From the IMG/VR virus record IMGVR_UViG_3300032278_000010, positions 1-53,417 of that record: a stretch of 53,417 bases of DNA. One strand, written 5' to 3'. The notes beneath the pieces are model-generated. The model worked only from the letters and a program-made list of their open reading frames with translations. It ran no database searches and was not told where the DNA came from. Of this stretch, positions 1 to 10,658 are shown piece by piece (position 1 is the first letter of the stretch; every line of letters begins with the position of its first letter). The stretch is from a virus. Taxonomy: Duplodnaviria > Caudoviricetes. The position numbers and the translations under genes were made by a program.

Positions 1-2
1 TT

Positions 3-3000
3 TCAAAGCCTATTCCAGATGGTAATTTTAGTATAGAACCATTAGAACCGCATCAAATTAGATTTGCTCTACCTACGCATAAAGCTAAACAAGTAATTAG
101 AGAGGCTGCTAGTAGAGGAAGAGAATATACAGATGAGAATTTTGATACACTTGCAGGTTTATTAGGAAAAGTACCAAAAAGTTTACCTGTAATGAAAAAC
201 GGAAAGAAAACTGGCAAATGGTATCAAGTATTTGAAACAAATGAAAACGTAGCTGCTGAACAAGAAGAGTCTTTAGAAGATGTTGAAATAATCGTTATTG
301 ATGAAGCTTCAATGGTAAATGAAAGCCAAACAAAAGAATTAATTTCAATGGCAAAAAGACTAAATATACGTTTATTGTTTATGGGAGACAATGTTCAATT
401 ACCTCCTATAGAAAAGGGCGGTCAAGGGACTGTAGATGTAGCTCGAGTATTCGACACTGTAATGGAAATTAACCAAAAAGAACGAGTCCCTATAAATATT
501 AAAGCCCATTACGCCATACTTAATCAACGTATGAGACAGGATGAAGGTAATCCTATTTTAGGTATTACTGATATTCTTGCTAACGTTGCAGAGTGGATTC
601 ATGAACGACATGAAAATTATAAAAAACTCTGGAATAATTCAGATCTAAATTTCATATTACCAAATATCAATAATGAAAATGTTAAATATGAAAAAACTGA
701 AGTTACAAGAATTAAAGGAATGAAGAGTTTACAGGCATTCCCGACAGATTCAACAATTGAAAGTTTTGCTAACGAATATAAAGAAGCTAAAGATAACAAT
801 AATGAAAAGAATGTTAAATTCATTCAGTACAATAATGCAGATCATCCAAGAACTAAACAGCTTCGTGCAAAAATTCGTGAAAAACTTTTTGATGATTTCT
901 TTGCTGGGGATGTAGAAACAAAGCCTTTTCTTGTAGGTGAACGAGTAGTATTAGATGATGCTATAGCTATACTTGACGGAAGTACTATTAAATTTACTAA
1001 AGATTTACATAATGGAGATGAAGTAACTGTAGTAGCTGAGCTGAAAAAAGAAACTAATACTAGTTACAAGGACGGAATATTAGACAATTCTCCTACTTAC
1101 GAAGGGATTCCTGTAAATATTTTAAAAGTTAAAACAGATAAAGGTAAACCATACAGCATAGTATTAGAACATCCTACCTCTAAAAACGCTATAAAACAGG
1201 CGATGAAAAAGGGCAAGATCTATGAAGAAGGAAGTGGAGAAGAAAATAGAATAGCTCAAGAAATGTTTACAGAGGGTATAGGTGCAGCATATTTAATTAA
1301 TGCACATAAAGCACAAGGTAGTACTTACGATACTGTATATGTTGATTACGAAAATATTATGCGTAGTGCACAAGATAGTACAGACACAAAAACAGGAGAA
1401 ATTAAAAGATGGGGTCCTGATTTTCTAACTAGAGTAAAGGCATTATATGTTGCTACTTCCCGGCCAAGAAACAGACTTGTACTAGTTGGCTCAGGTGATC
1501 TGTCATTTGGAACAGGCGAACAACTACAAGAAAATATAAAAATAAAAGAAGATATCGAAGATCTTCAAGATCCTCCATTGCAAGATAACATTAATGACGC
1601 AGCAAAAGATGATCTTAAATCAATGGATGATTTACCAAAAGTTCCAACTAAAAATCCAGAGGATCTTGGGGGCATTGAAGAAGGTAACTTCAAGAGATTA
1701 TTTAACAAATTTAAAGGATTTTCGGCGCAATACTATGCTAATGCTCAGGAAATGCTTGGGCATACTGAAACCTTGGAGACAGTTTTAGATATTTTAGGTG
1801 AGGGAATTACTGAGATAGGCGGGATTAAATTAACCTTACAGGAAGTTAACGGAATTACTCAAGGTGAATATGACATAGCTAATAAAGCTATGATAGTAAA
1901 TCTGAGTAACGGTGCACCATTTAACGTTAATCAATCCCCGCAGGAAGTTTATGTTCATGAATTACTGCATGCTACTACAGCTCTCGCTATAAGAGAAAAT
2001 CCTTTAATTGCTGATCGTGTACATAGAGTTTATCTCCAAACTAAAAGAGCTTTGAGTGCAGATCCTAAGTTTAAAGGCGAGCCGTGGAGAGTATTCTTAA
2101 CAGGAATTGATACTCCTTCTAAGAATGATGAAGCTATGGCTAAGAAGCAATACGATTATGTATTTGCGGGTAAAGAGAAGAATAGACTACATGAATTTTT
2201 AGCTTATGCTGCAACTAACCGACAAATAATTGAGTATCTCAAGACTCAGCCTAAACCTGTAAGAGAAGGAATTCTAGATAAGATACTAGGTATTATTACC
2301 TCTATAATGAATTTCTTGAAATCTTCCTTCGGTAGCAGAACTTACGTAGCTAAGAGTGAAAATGCATTTGCAGAAATACTTGCTGCTACTGAGCATCTAG
2401 TAGCTACTCAAGCTAAACATGAAAGTATGTTAGACAGGTTAAGTGCGTACACTTACAATAATGCAGATGCTGCAGATAAATTTATTAAACGAACTGGGGA
2501 GAATGTACTTCTTAAGATTAAAGGCAAGGAGGGCGAAAACGTAGGTGTTCTTAGACAAGCTGCTACTATTGTCGGTGGCGGAATTTACGGCATTATGAAC
2601 ACTAATGACGCAACTATAGCTCTTAGACAGAAAATAGATCAAGGATTAAGTAAAACAATGAGAGGTATCGCCAGTGAAATTGGAGACGGTGCTCTCACCA
2701 AAGAAATGATTGAACAACTACTCTATGTAAAAGTTAATATATCCAAAGCTCGTCAGCAAGCAGAGACATTTACAATGAGTTGGTTTAATGGAAATAAGGA
2801 AGAAGAAATAGAGGGTATCTGGAAATCAGTTAAAGAAGGTGACAAGCATGGAATAGACGCCAAAACGAAAGTAGCCTTAACTAGGGTACTATTTCAAACT
2901 GATCTATCTGTTCTTTTAAATGAAGGTAATGAGTGGGCCATGACCCCTGCTGAGATTGTGGATCTTATAGGCCATACTGGTAAAGCCAGAAGAGATACAC

Positions 3001-5156
3001 TAAAAGCTAGAATAGCTGCGGAGCTTAAACTTTCTCATAGCTCAGATCCTCTTAGTTACGCAAAGGAATTAGGATATTGGATTGCTACAGGAAATACTAG
3101 ACTAGATGATTCTCATACTAATGTACGTACTATCGCAGCAGAGTATTTCACCAATCCTACTACTGCCGAAATAAATCTATTAGATATGTATTCCACGTTA
3201 TCTGCTTTAGATTATACAGATACTACCCATAATAAAGCCGTTTTAAAGCTAGCTAAAGCCGAATTTGAGGCTGATTTTGATCGTAATGGCATAAGTGATC
3301 TTCTCAAGAGTCATCATACATATAAACAGAATGTACACGCGGAGAACTTTGAAGAGAATGAAATGCAGCTAGTTAAAGGCTATATCGTAGAACGTGTAGA
3401 TAATTTTACTCATATTAGAATGGGTAGAGCTGACCAGAAAAAGGAAATGAAACAATTAGGTTATTCTGAAAGCTACCCAGTAAAGAAGATAGATGGTAGA
3501 CAAACCATTGATACAATGTATGTTACGCGTACTACACCAGAAGTTACGGATGTATCAGGTGTAATGTCTACAACTAACCAGAGAAACATGGGTACCACGT
3601 TAACTGAGATATTAGTTAGAGATCCTGCATTCTGGCATAAAAAAGGTCCTAATGAAGGCAAACCAGACTTCTATCTAATACAAGCTAGAGTCCAGAAGTT
3701 TATTAAAGAAAAGAGTAGAGACGCTAAAGCTAATAAAAACAAAGTATGGAATGACGAATTAACCATGCGTCCTCTTAGAGACCAAGCCGGGAATATTACT
3801 GATTATCGGGTAATGATGAATCATGCAGATGTAGAGCAGATTATTCGTCCAGATTTAGAAATTGACCATGTTTTTGCTCACATGAGGTCTTCAGCTGTGG
3901 ATCGTAAAGAAACCATTGAGAGTGATAAGAAGACTGTAGAGCTTCTAGTATATGAACAAATGGATATGATGAGAGCTAATCCAGACCTACATTGGATTGA
4001 TATTATGGATCCTGACTCTCCATACATAGATCGTTATAGAAAGCTTCCTAAAGCCGTCAGAGACCATATGAACGAGTATGCAGTAGGTGGGCAGTTCTTT
4101 ATTAGGGAAGATATTATTGATAAGGTATTTGGCTATAAAGCCTTTGATCTATCTGAATTAAAGATGCTTCAAGAGGAGGATACCAGTCCTAAACGTATTG
4201 CCAAAAGAGTTGCAGGAATAACTCATCATGCAATTAAACAAACTGTTGGGTACGGTAAAAACAGAGTAGTTATTGCTATGCCTAAAGTAGTCATAGGCAA
4301 TATGATGTCTAATATCTACCAGCTTATGATGAGGAAGATCCCATTAGATTATATCTTCCATAAAATCTATGAGGGTATACATGAATATAACAAATACCGT
4401 AAAGATACGGAAAGACGTACAACGCTTAAACACGAAATTGAATCACAAAACTTAGACACTGTTACAAGTCCAGAAGCTATTGAGGTGAGTCAATTAGATG
4501 ATCGTATTCAAGGTAATCTAATTCATAGAATGAGTAAGGCTGGATTAAATTCTCTTATTGTTGAGGATATTAATGATGCTCAGACGGATGGATGGTTGAA
4601 TAAATTACAGAAGACTATTCCATATTCTTTCCCGAAAGCGCAGAAGTTTATAGATAAGATGCCTTCTGAATTAGGAGATGTGGCAAGATTTGTATTTATG
4701 ACTAAAGGCAGTAAGCCTTATCAATATGCTCGTCATGTAGTGCAGCTAACGGATTTCTTAGCTCGGTACGTAATGATTGAGCATGGTACTAAAGTAAAAG
4801 GACGACCTTTTAATGATGTAATGCACGAATCTTTAGATGGATTTGTAGTATTTGATGAAGCTCTTGTCCCAGCATTAGAAGCATTAGAAGCTGTAGGAGC
4901 CACGTCATTCCTTTCTTACTATCTTCGTAATGCCAGAGCATCTAGGAAGTTAGCTGCATCTAGTCCTACAGGAGTAGCACTAGCAGCTGCAGTTCAGCAT
5001 ACTACTGGTATATCTGTATTAGGAAATGTAAATAGTTCCTGGTTAGCAGGCAGATTTACTCCAAATCTGCTTCAAACAGATGACCTATTTGACGAAGCTA
5101 ACAATGTTACCTTGTTTGATATAGTAAAAAATGAAGGCAGAGATTTATTTAATTGA
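3..5156 (+). CDS. N4-like virion RNA polymerase (gp50-like), C-terminal part, 5'-truncated; contains an SF1B helicase domain and an HEXXH zincin-like motif
   Basis: Frame is open from nt 3 (SKPIPDG...FALPTHKAKQVI...) into the 1654-aa ORF. Giant ORF convergent with the resolvase/SSB/primase block, as N4 gp50 is. C-terminal segments IDKVFGYK, KNRVVIAMPKVVIGNMMSN and QLTDFLARY...FVVFD resemble N4-like vRNAP C-termini as I recall them. The RNAP catalytic core is not in the window. Confidence 0.8.
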   Translation, partial: SKPIPDGNFSIEPLEPHQIRFALPTHKAKQVIREAASRGREYTDENFDTLAGLLGKVPKSLPVMKNGKKTGKWYQVFETNENVAAEQEESLEDVEIIVIDEASMVNESQTKELISMAKRLNIRLLFMGDNVQLPPIEKGGQGTVDVARVFDTVMEINQKERVPINIKAHYAILNQRMRQDEGNPILGITDILANVAEWIHERHENYKKLWNNSDLNFILPNINNENVKYEKTEVTRIKGMKSLQAFPTDSTIESFANEYKEAKDNNNEKNVKFIQYNNADHPRTKQLRAKIREKLFDDFFAGDVETKPFLVGERVVLDDAIAILDGSTIKFTKDLHNGDEVTVVAELKKETNTSYKDGILDNSPTYEGIPVNILKVKTDKGKPYSIVLEHPTSKNAIKQAMKKGKIYEEGSGEENRIAQEMFTEGIGAAYLINAHKAQGSTYDTVYVDYENIMRSAQDSTDTKTGEIKRWGPDFLTRVKALYVATSRPRNRLVLVGSGDLSFGTGEQLQENIKIKEDIEDLQDPPLQDNINDAAKDDLKSMDDLPKVPTKNPEDLGGIEEGNFKRLFNKFKGFSAQYYANAQEMLGHTETLETVLDILGEGITEIGGIKLTLQEVNGITQGEYDIANKAMIVNLSNGAPFNVNQSPQEVYVHELLHATTALAIRENPLIADRVHRVYLQTKRALSADPKFKGEPWRVFLTGIDTPSKNDEAMAKKQYDYVFAGKEKNRLHEFLAYAATNRQIIEYLKTQPKPVREGILDKILGIITSIMNFLKSSFGSRTYVAKSENAFAEILAATEHLVATQAKHESMLDRLSAYTYNNADAADKFIKRTGENVLLKIKGKEGENVGVLRQAATIVGGGIYGIMNTNDATIALRQKIDQGLSKTMRGIASEIGDGALTKEMIEQLLYVKVNISKARQQAETFTMSWFNGNKEEEIEGIWKSVKEGDKHGIDAKTKVALTRVLFQTDLSVLLNEGNEWAMTPAEIVDLIGHTGKARRDTLKARIAAELKLSHSSDPLSYAKELGYWIATGNTRLDDSHTNVRTIAAEYFTNPTTAEINLLDMYSTLSALDYTDTTHNKAVLKLAKAEFEADFDRNGISDLLKSHHTYKQNVHAENFEENEMQLVKGYIVERVDNFTHIRMGRADQKKEMKQLGYSESYPVKKIDGRQTIDTMYVTRTTPEVTDVSGVMSTTNQRNMGTTLTEILVRDPAFWHKKGPNEGKPDFYLIQARVQKFIKEKSRDAKANKNKVWNDELTMRPLRDQAGNITDYRVMMNHADVEQIIRPDLEIDHVFAHMRSSAVDRKETIESDKKTVELLVYEQMDMMRANPDLHWIDIMDPDSPYIDRYRKLPKAVRDHMNEYAVGGQFFIREDIIDKVFGYKAFDLSELKMLQEEDTSPKRIAKRVAGITHHAIKQTVGYGKNRVVIAMPKVVIGNMMSNIYQLMMRKIPLDYIFHKIYEGIHEYNKYRKDTERRTTLKHEIESQNLDTVTSPEAIEVSQLDDRIQGNLIHRMSKAGLNSLIVEDINDAQTDGWLNKLQKTIPYSFPKAQKFIDKMPSELGDVARFVFMTKGSKPYQYARHVVQLTDFLARYVMIEHGTKVKGRPFNDVMHESLDGFVVFDEALVPALEALEAVGATSFLSYYLRNARASRKLAASSPTGVALAAAVQHTTGISVLGNVNSSWLAGRFTPNLLQTDDLFDEANNVTLFDIVKNEGRDLFN

Positions 5157-5456
5157 TGTCTTTGCAGCATAAAATAGTAAATAGAATATTACCATAACTA
5201 GTACAGTTGGGATAATTACTACAGAACCTGCTAAAATAATTAAGGCTACTGTTATTACTAAAGCAGCTATTAAGAAAGCCTTAAGTTTTTTTGTAAATGG
5301 TTCTTTTGGACTACTATCTGAACTAGGTAAAGATAATCCTCGTAGTATTTCGTCAGCTTCTTCAGCTTCTCTTTTTTCCTGTTCTTTTTCAGCTTTAAGT
5401 TCTTCAACTATTTTTAAAGTCTTAAAATAGGTTTCTCTACTAAATTGTTCAGTCAT
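5145..5456 (-). CDS. membrane protein
   Basis: 103 aa with a long hydrophobic C-terminal half; last gene of the minus-strand block. Confidence 0.7.
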   Translation of the reverse strand: MTEQFSRETYFKTLKIVEELKAEKEQEKREAEEADEILRGLSLPSSDSSPKEPFTKKLKAFLIAALVITVALIILAGSVVIIPTVLVMVIFYLLFYAAKTSIK

Positions 5457-5961
5457 TGGATTTAGTGAATAAAGAAGGGTTAATCATAGGTAAATCGCCA
5501 GTTTTGGGAATTTGGGCCTCGTCAGATGCCGCTGAGTCCGTTATCTCTTCCTCTTTGACCTCTACCCCTTTGGTATTTTGGGCTTCTTCAGCAAGTTCTT
5601 TATTAGCTGCAGCCATACCTTCAGCTGCTATCTTATCTATCCGTGCTTTTTTAATAGCTTCCTCTTTAGCCTCATTTTCAGCCGAGTCGTCCATATGAAG
5701 TTGAGCTTTGATTTCTCCTTTTTCCTCAGGAGTAAGTCTACGTTCAAGTATTTTCTCCTGCTTGTGTAATGCCATTTCTTCCGCGTTACGGCGTGTTTTA
5801 CCTTCGCGTGGGAATTCGTATTCATACTTAGATTCCTCAATTTGAAATACTGCAGGTTTAATGTCTTCTTTGTATTCCTTTACAGCATTGCCAATATTAA
5901 GTTGTTCTCTAATTAGATTACGTATTTCTTCACGTACAATAGCTTCTATATCTATATTCAT
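5449..5961 (-). CDS. hypothetical acidic/coiled-coil protein
   Basis: 170 aa, overlaps both neighbours, GGAGG SD upstream. Confidence 0.7.
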   Translation of the reverse strand: MNIDIEAIVREEIRNLIREQLNIGNAVKEYKEDIKPAVFQIEESKYEYEFPREGKTRRNAEEMALHKQEKILERRLTPEEKGEIKAQLHMDDSAENEAKEEAIKKARIDKIAAEGMAAANKELAEEAQNTKGVEVKEEEITDSAASDEAQIPKTGDLPMINPSLFTKSND

Positions 5962-6431
5962 TGTTCCTCCATATGTTTTAATCCATAATGGGCAATCATT
6001 AAAGCGTCAGATCTTCCATCTAATAAGCCTCCTCGTTTACCGTGTAATTCAGCCGTTGGGTATAAGCCTTGAGCTATTTTAGCCACTTGTTTCTTTATAG
6101 CTTTACCTTTAGCAGTAACACCTATGTATTTTTGCCATACTTTAGGAGTAACTGTTTTAGGTGGAATTCCTTTAAGTAATTCAGTAATAGCTAATATAGT
6201 GCCTAGATTTCTACCAAATCCAAAATTAGATTTAGCTGACATACCATACATAGAATGTATGTCTTCTACCCAGATTTCACCACTTCTAAATCTTAATTGG
6301 CTGTGCAACCAATTATAAATATTATTAATGGTAGTTTTCTTTAAATCTAACAGAGCAACGCTGTCTGGATTCTCTGAATCCAGAACAGCGATTGCTCCAT
6401 TAGCCCCCGGATCAATGCCTGCGATAAACAT
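5958..6431 (-). CDS. RuvC-like Holliday junction resolvase
   Basis: AGIDPG, VED, FGFG, vtPkvWQK and GRSDALMIA motifs. Confidence 0.9.
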   Translation of the reverse strand: MFIAGIDPGANGAIAVLDSENPDSVALLDLKKTTINNIYNWLHSQLRFRSGEIWVEDIHSMYGMSAKSNFGFGRNLGTILAITELLKGIPPKTVTPKVWQKYIGVTAKGKAIKKQVAKIAQGLYPTAELHGKRGGLLDGRSDALMIAHYGLKHMEEQ

Positions 6432-7183
6432 TAAATAGGAGGTTCTTTATCAAACAAAGAGCCTTGAGCAGGAGGAGAAGTATCACCCATTATGCCTGCA
6501 GCAGAGTCTTGTGTTTTAGCACCTTTAGTGCTTTTATCAATAACTAGGCCTGTATTCTTAGTAGCCCATCTATCCATTGCAGCAGCATCTTTTTTCTTTG
6601 TAATCTCCTCAGCAGTTTTACCAGTATCTATATTACCGAAGAATTGACATTGATTAACAGGTTTAGTGTCACCAGAGGCAACCCAATCTCCCTTGGAGTT
6701 CTGAGTTCGTTTATCCTCAATTACTTGACGAACGGCAACTTTAACTTTCTGATTAATCAAATTAGTAATTACTGGGTATTCAGAAGGCATTTCTTTTCCT
6801 TCTTTAAAATCCCAGACCTTAATTACTTTTTTCTCTACTTTGGTCATATTAGTATCGAAATCTTCTCCGGTTACAGATAAACATAAAGATTTAGCAGTTT
6901 GATACCCGGGTAAAGGTTGCTTCTTACCATCTTTACTTACATAGTAAGTTTTGTTACCTTTTTCGTCACCAGATTTAACACACCACTTGTCTCTGATACG
7001 CCCAAAATTTCCACTAGCTTTTTCAAGTTCTACATTTAAAAAATAAGCACCACCAGCGGTTTGAGTTAAATAGGCTAGTTTAATATTGGTATCATATACT
7101 CCGGATTCCCATAAAAAATTTCCTCCGCCAGCTCCTTCAATAGAAGGTTCTACTACATCATCTGGAAGTTTCCATTCACTCAT
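6431..7183 (-). CDS. single-stranded DNA-binding protein (N4 gp45-like)
   Basis: WESGVY, GDEKGNKTYY, LPGY and SLF near the C-terminus; position after the AAA ATPase as in N4. Confidence 0.8.
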   Translation of the reverse strand: MSEWKLPDDVVEPSIEGAGGGNFLWESGVYDTNIKLAYLTQTAGGAYFLNVELEKASGNFGRIRDKWCVKSGDEKGNKTYYVSKDGKKQPLPGYQTAKSLCLSVTGEDFDTNMTKVEKKVIKVWDFKEGKEMPSEYPVITNLINQKVKVAVRQVIEDKRTQNSKGDWVASGDTKPVNQCQFFGNIDTGKTAEEITKKKDAAAMDRWATKNTGLVIDKSTKGAKTQDSAAGIMGDTSPPAQGSLFDKEPPI

Positions 7184-7218
7184 AAGTCTTTCCTTTCATT
7201 TAAATTAATTAGCTAAAA

Positions 7219-7467
7219 CTATTCATTAGTATTAGCTTGGTTGTTTCGCTGTTCTAGGTATTGATCTAGAATTTTCATAAGCTCTTTAACAGTACACCCT
7301 GGTTTTCTTTTAAGGGTTTCTTCTGCAATTTCTTGCACTACTCCAATGCCCATTTTAGTAGCATGATGTACCATCTCATCAATTAATGCATATCGTTTTG
7401 GATCTAGTGGATTAGTTTGACTATCTCGCTTAATATCTATAATTTCATCGTTACCTGGATGGCTCAT
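7219..7467 (-). CDS. hypothetical protein
   Basis: 82 aa ORF with AGGAG SD. Confidence 0.65.
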   Translation of the reverse strand: MSHPGNDEIIDIKRDSQTNPLDPKRYALIDEMVHHATKMGIGVVQEIAEETLKRKPGCTVKELMKILDQYLEQRNNQANTNE

Positions 7468-7475
7468 AAATCTCC

Positions 7476-8207
7476 TTATTTATAATATTCATGAAGTCGA
7501 TTAATTACATGTCGTAAATCATTATCAATATATGTTTCTGTTGCTTTCCACATATCCATAGGAGCTCGCATACGTTCATGTATAGTGTCTTTAGTTATCC
7601 TAGTCTGAAATACATATTTAAATCCTAAATCTTTTTCTTCAGGTGTAACATTATATAATTTAGATTTGGCATTCTTATCGTTTAGTTTCTCTAAAGACAT
7701 TTTCTTAGTAGAGATAACAGTACTAAAGAAACTTTCTATGCCTACATTCTTTAAGGCACCTTTAACTTTAACTATAGTTTCGTTAATCATTTCAGATTCG
7801 TTTAAAACGTCTGCAGTATGAGCTAGAAAAACTACATTTTTAGTAGACTTAGCTACTATCTGTGACATTAATCGTCTCATATATTGACCGTATTCTTGCC
7901 AAGCTGCTCTAGAATCAGTAGCAGTTAGTACTCTAGTACTTTCAAACATATCCATTAAATATGTAAGACTATCTATTACTATGGTATGTACATCTTTGTG
8001 TTCAGGTTTTTCTGCTTCGGCAAATGCTTGATATACTTGGTTAGTATCTGTAACTACTAATTCTTTAAATTTTGTTTTAAAAGGTAATTTCTTACCATTT
8101 TCACAATTTAAATACATAACTCCTTCAGGTTTATCAAGAGCTCTTAAACTAGCACTTTTACCTGAAGCAGATTTACCTGATACTAATACTAGATGGTCGT
8201 TAATCAT
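7476..8207 (-). CDS. AAA_24/Sak4-like ATPase (N4 gp44-like)
   Basis: Walker A SGKSASGKS, YLNCE, IVIDSLT, FLAH. Confidence 0.85.
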   Translation of the reverse strand: MINDHLVLVSGKSASGKSASLRALDKPEGVMYLNCENGKKLPFKTKFKELVVTDTNQVYQAFAEAEKPEHKDVHTIVIDSLTYLMDMFESTRVLTATDSRAAWQEYGQYMRRLMSQIVAKSTKNVVFLAHTADVLNESEMINETIVKVKGALKNVGIESFFSTVISTKKMSLEKLNDKNAKSKLYNVTPEEKDLGFKYVFQTRITKDTIHERMRAPMDMWKATETYIDNDLRHVINRLHEYYK

Positions 8208-10369
8208 GTGATGTTTTCTCCTCGTTTAGTTAGTTCTTTACTAATAGACTTAACAGTACTATTTCTAAATTGATCCTCAGGTAATGGAGTTTCCAGTTTA
8301 CTGTTAAAATTTTCTAATTTTTCTACAATTTCTCCTAAACCTAAGCCAGCATCTATTAATACCATCCCATATCTGTAGAGATGATTAGCTCGATTACCTG
8401 TTGTAGTATGGTTTATAAACCAACGCTCAATATTACCAACGCCAGTAGCTGTAAGCTTAGCTTTGATTTCATCGGATTTCTTAGTTTCTGGTATAAATAG
8501 TGTCGCGTCTAATACATTCCCCTGGTTATATTCGTATTTACCAGGATGTGAAGCCCACTTTCTAGAGATATCTTTAGCTGCTTCGTCTACAGGAAATGGT
8601 AACCAATCAAGTATATTACGCATGAATCTAGAATAATCATGAGTACCTAGTTTAAGTCTATGTGATAAAGGCAATATTAATCTAAATCGATTTACCTCTT
8701 CAGTATGTCTTTTAGTGGTAGACATTAAAAAAGTATAGTCTTCCAGCAATACTTTAACTGTACTCATCTTAACGTCACCATCACAATCTAATATAAGTAG
8801 ATCGAATCCAGGAATAATATTTTCACTTTTACGATGGCCATTTATAAATGAATGGGCAGTATAGTGATAACCATCAGCTGTAGTAAGTTTATAAAATTGG
8901 TCGAAAGGCGGGTGATCAATTTGATAATCGTAAGCTATGTCTTTACTAATAGCTACGGTTAAACTATTTAAATCTGTTTCAATTAAAGTTTCACCTTTAA
9001 AAAATTCTATATTGTCTATCTCTCGTTTTTTAATAATTATATTATTACGATAGCCAAAAGACATAGCTAAGCTCATTAATTCTGCTCGTTGAACTTCACT
9101 TCCTTTATAAAATTGTAATTCTTCCATTAGTTCATGTTGAGTTACTTCAGTATCCATGTCAGCTAAATAATGAGCTAAACGTTCATAAGAGCCCTGTTTT
9201 CTCATAAGCTTATGAAAAGCTTCTCCTGAATCTTCGACTACACTAATTGCGTAATCTAGATGATCTGTAGTAATTTCTGTTTCATTGTCTACAAAAGCGT
9301 AGGCTCCTGCTAATTTTAATGCTTTATAGTGACGATGATTTAATTCATTTTTTTGAATAGTCATATGATCTTTCATATCGTCTGCTGCTTCTTCAGATCT
9401 CATTTGATATTCAAGTAAATGAATATGGTTTTCTTTTGACATTTGAAGAATTGAATTAACTGGTCTTTTTGCAAAGCTTGCGAATGTTTCTTGGATATCT
9501 TCCATTTCATTAGCTATATCTGGATCAGTCATCTGTTGATAACGTTCTTCTGCTGATGCATATTTAGTTCTATGAGTCTCTGTCGTATATCCAAATAACA
9601 ATCTACGAGCATATCCTATGTCCAACCATTCTTTAAATTCTTCTTCTATCTTTCCACCATCTAATAACTTAGTTGGTGTACCAAACATCATTAAATTAGT
9701 GGGAGTACTACCAGGTAGTTCTTCTGATCGAATACTTTCTTGAGTATTCTTAATAAGTTTCTGCTTAATTAAGCCTACATCGTATAATTCTAGAAATGCA
9801 TTAAGTACGTCTGTATTCGCGGATAGGTTAGAACCTACTTCATCTAGTTCTAGATTCATAGAACCTGCTGCAGCTAATAGAAGTTTCTCTCGCATTTGTT
9901 TAACTGCGGGAGCTGTACCACTGTCGAAGCTAAAAGCTAATTCTCCTAATTTATCAAAAGTTTTTTGAAGTTCTTCTAATTGATAATCACATTCTTCTGG
10001 GAGAGTTCTTTGAGTTTGGCCAATATTAACTCGCCAAGAGGCTTTCTCTTGAGCTAGAAACTGTAAATTTTTATCTGCTTCTTTAGGAAATACATTATTA
10101 AGAAAATCTTTTTTAAAGAAAGCTACGAATTCTCTTTCTAGAATATTAGTAGAGTGTCCTTTACCTGTACCTGATACCATCAAATTGAGTACATAAGTAT
10201 TAACTGGAATTATATCTCTATCATTTGTCTGAATTCTGCATCGCATCATTGAAGCGATTTTAGATAGATAATAACAGGTTAAAATTCTAAAGAAATGTCG
10301 ATTGTCGCTGTTAACTTTCTTAGTTAAAATATCGACTATTCTTTCTGAAAATGGATGGTATTTTTTCAT
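8204..10369 (-). CDS. DNA primase (N4 gp43-like)
   Basis: P-loop SGTGKGHS, FDSGT, LELDEVG, primase-like LILDCDG, RFRLILP and GNRAN; synteny. Confidence 0.85.
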   Translation of the reverse strand: MKKYHPFSERIVDILTKKVNSDNRHFFRILTCYYLSKIASMMRCRIQTNDRDIIPVNTYVLNLMVSGTGKGHSTNILEREFVAFFKKDFLNNVFPKEADKNLQFLAQEKASWRVNIGQTQRTLPEECDYQLEELQKTFDKLGELAFSFDSGTAPAVKQMREKLLLAAAGSMNLELDEVGSNLSANTDVLNAFLELYDVGLIKQKLIKNTQESIRSEELPGSTPTNLMMFGTPTKLLDGGKIEEEFKEWLDIGYARRLLFGYTTETHRTKYASAEERYQQMTDPDIANEMEDIQETFASFAKRPVNSILQMSKENHIHLLEYQMRSEEAADDMKDHMTIQKNELNHRHYKALKLAGAYAFVDNETEITTDHLDYAISVVEDSGEAFHKLMRKQGSYERLAHYLADMDTEVTQHELMEELQFYKGSEVQRAELMSLAMSFGYRNNIIIKKREIDNIEFFKGETLIETDLNSLTVAISKDIAYDYQIDHPPFDQFYKLTTADGYHYTAHSFINGHRKSENIIPGFDLLILDCDGDVKMSTVKVLLEDYTFLMSTTKRHTEEVNRFRLILPLSHRLKLGTHDYSRFMRNILDWLPFPVDEAAKDISRKWASHPGKYEYNQGNVLDATLFIPETKKSDEIKAKLTATGVGNIERWFINHTTTGNRANHLYRYGMVLIDAGLGLGEIVEKLENFNSKLETPLPEDQFRNSTVKSISKELTKRGENIT

Positions 10370-10372
10370 GTA

Positions 10373-10657
10373 TTATTGACCTTTCTTTTCTTCAGTACAT
10401 TGATGTGCAATTGTGAGATAGTTTCTTCCATCTTTATAATTGTCTTCAATCTTTGGGTTCCATGCGGATCTTACAATTTTTAATAAATTCATTTTTAGAG
10501 CATACAAATGTGCAGGATTTATATTGCCTGATTCTTTAGCATATTGATTAAGTGTTTCACACATAGTTGCCCATGTTTCAAAACAACGTTTAGCTGGACC
10601 ATATTTATTAGCTCTATCTTTTATGATTTCTTCATCTGTCATTTCATTATCAGTCAT
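10373..10657 (-). CDS. DUF6378-like protein
   Basis: DRANKYG...F...W...MNLLKIVR...DNYKDGRNY; start moved to MTDNE at 10657. Confidence 0.65.
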   Translation of the reverse strand: MTDNEMTDEEIIKDRANKYGPAKRCFETWATMCETLNQYAKESGNINPAHLYALKMNLLKIVRSAWNPKIEDNYKDGRNYLTIAHQCTEEKKGQ

Positions 10658-10658
10658 A

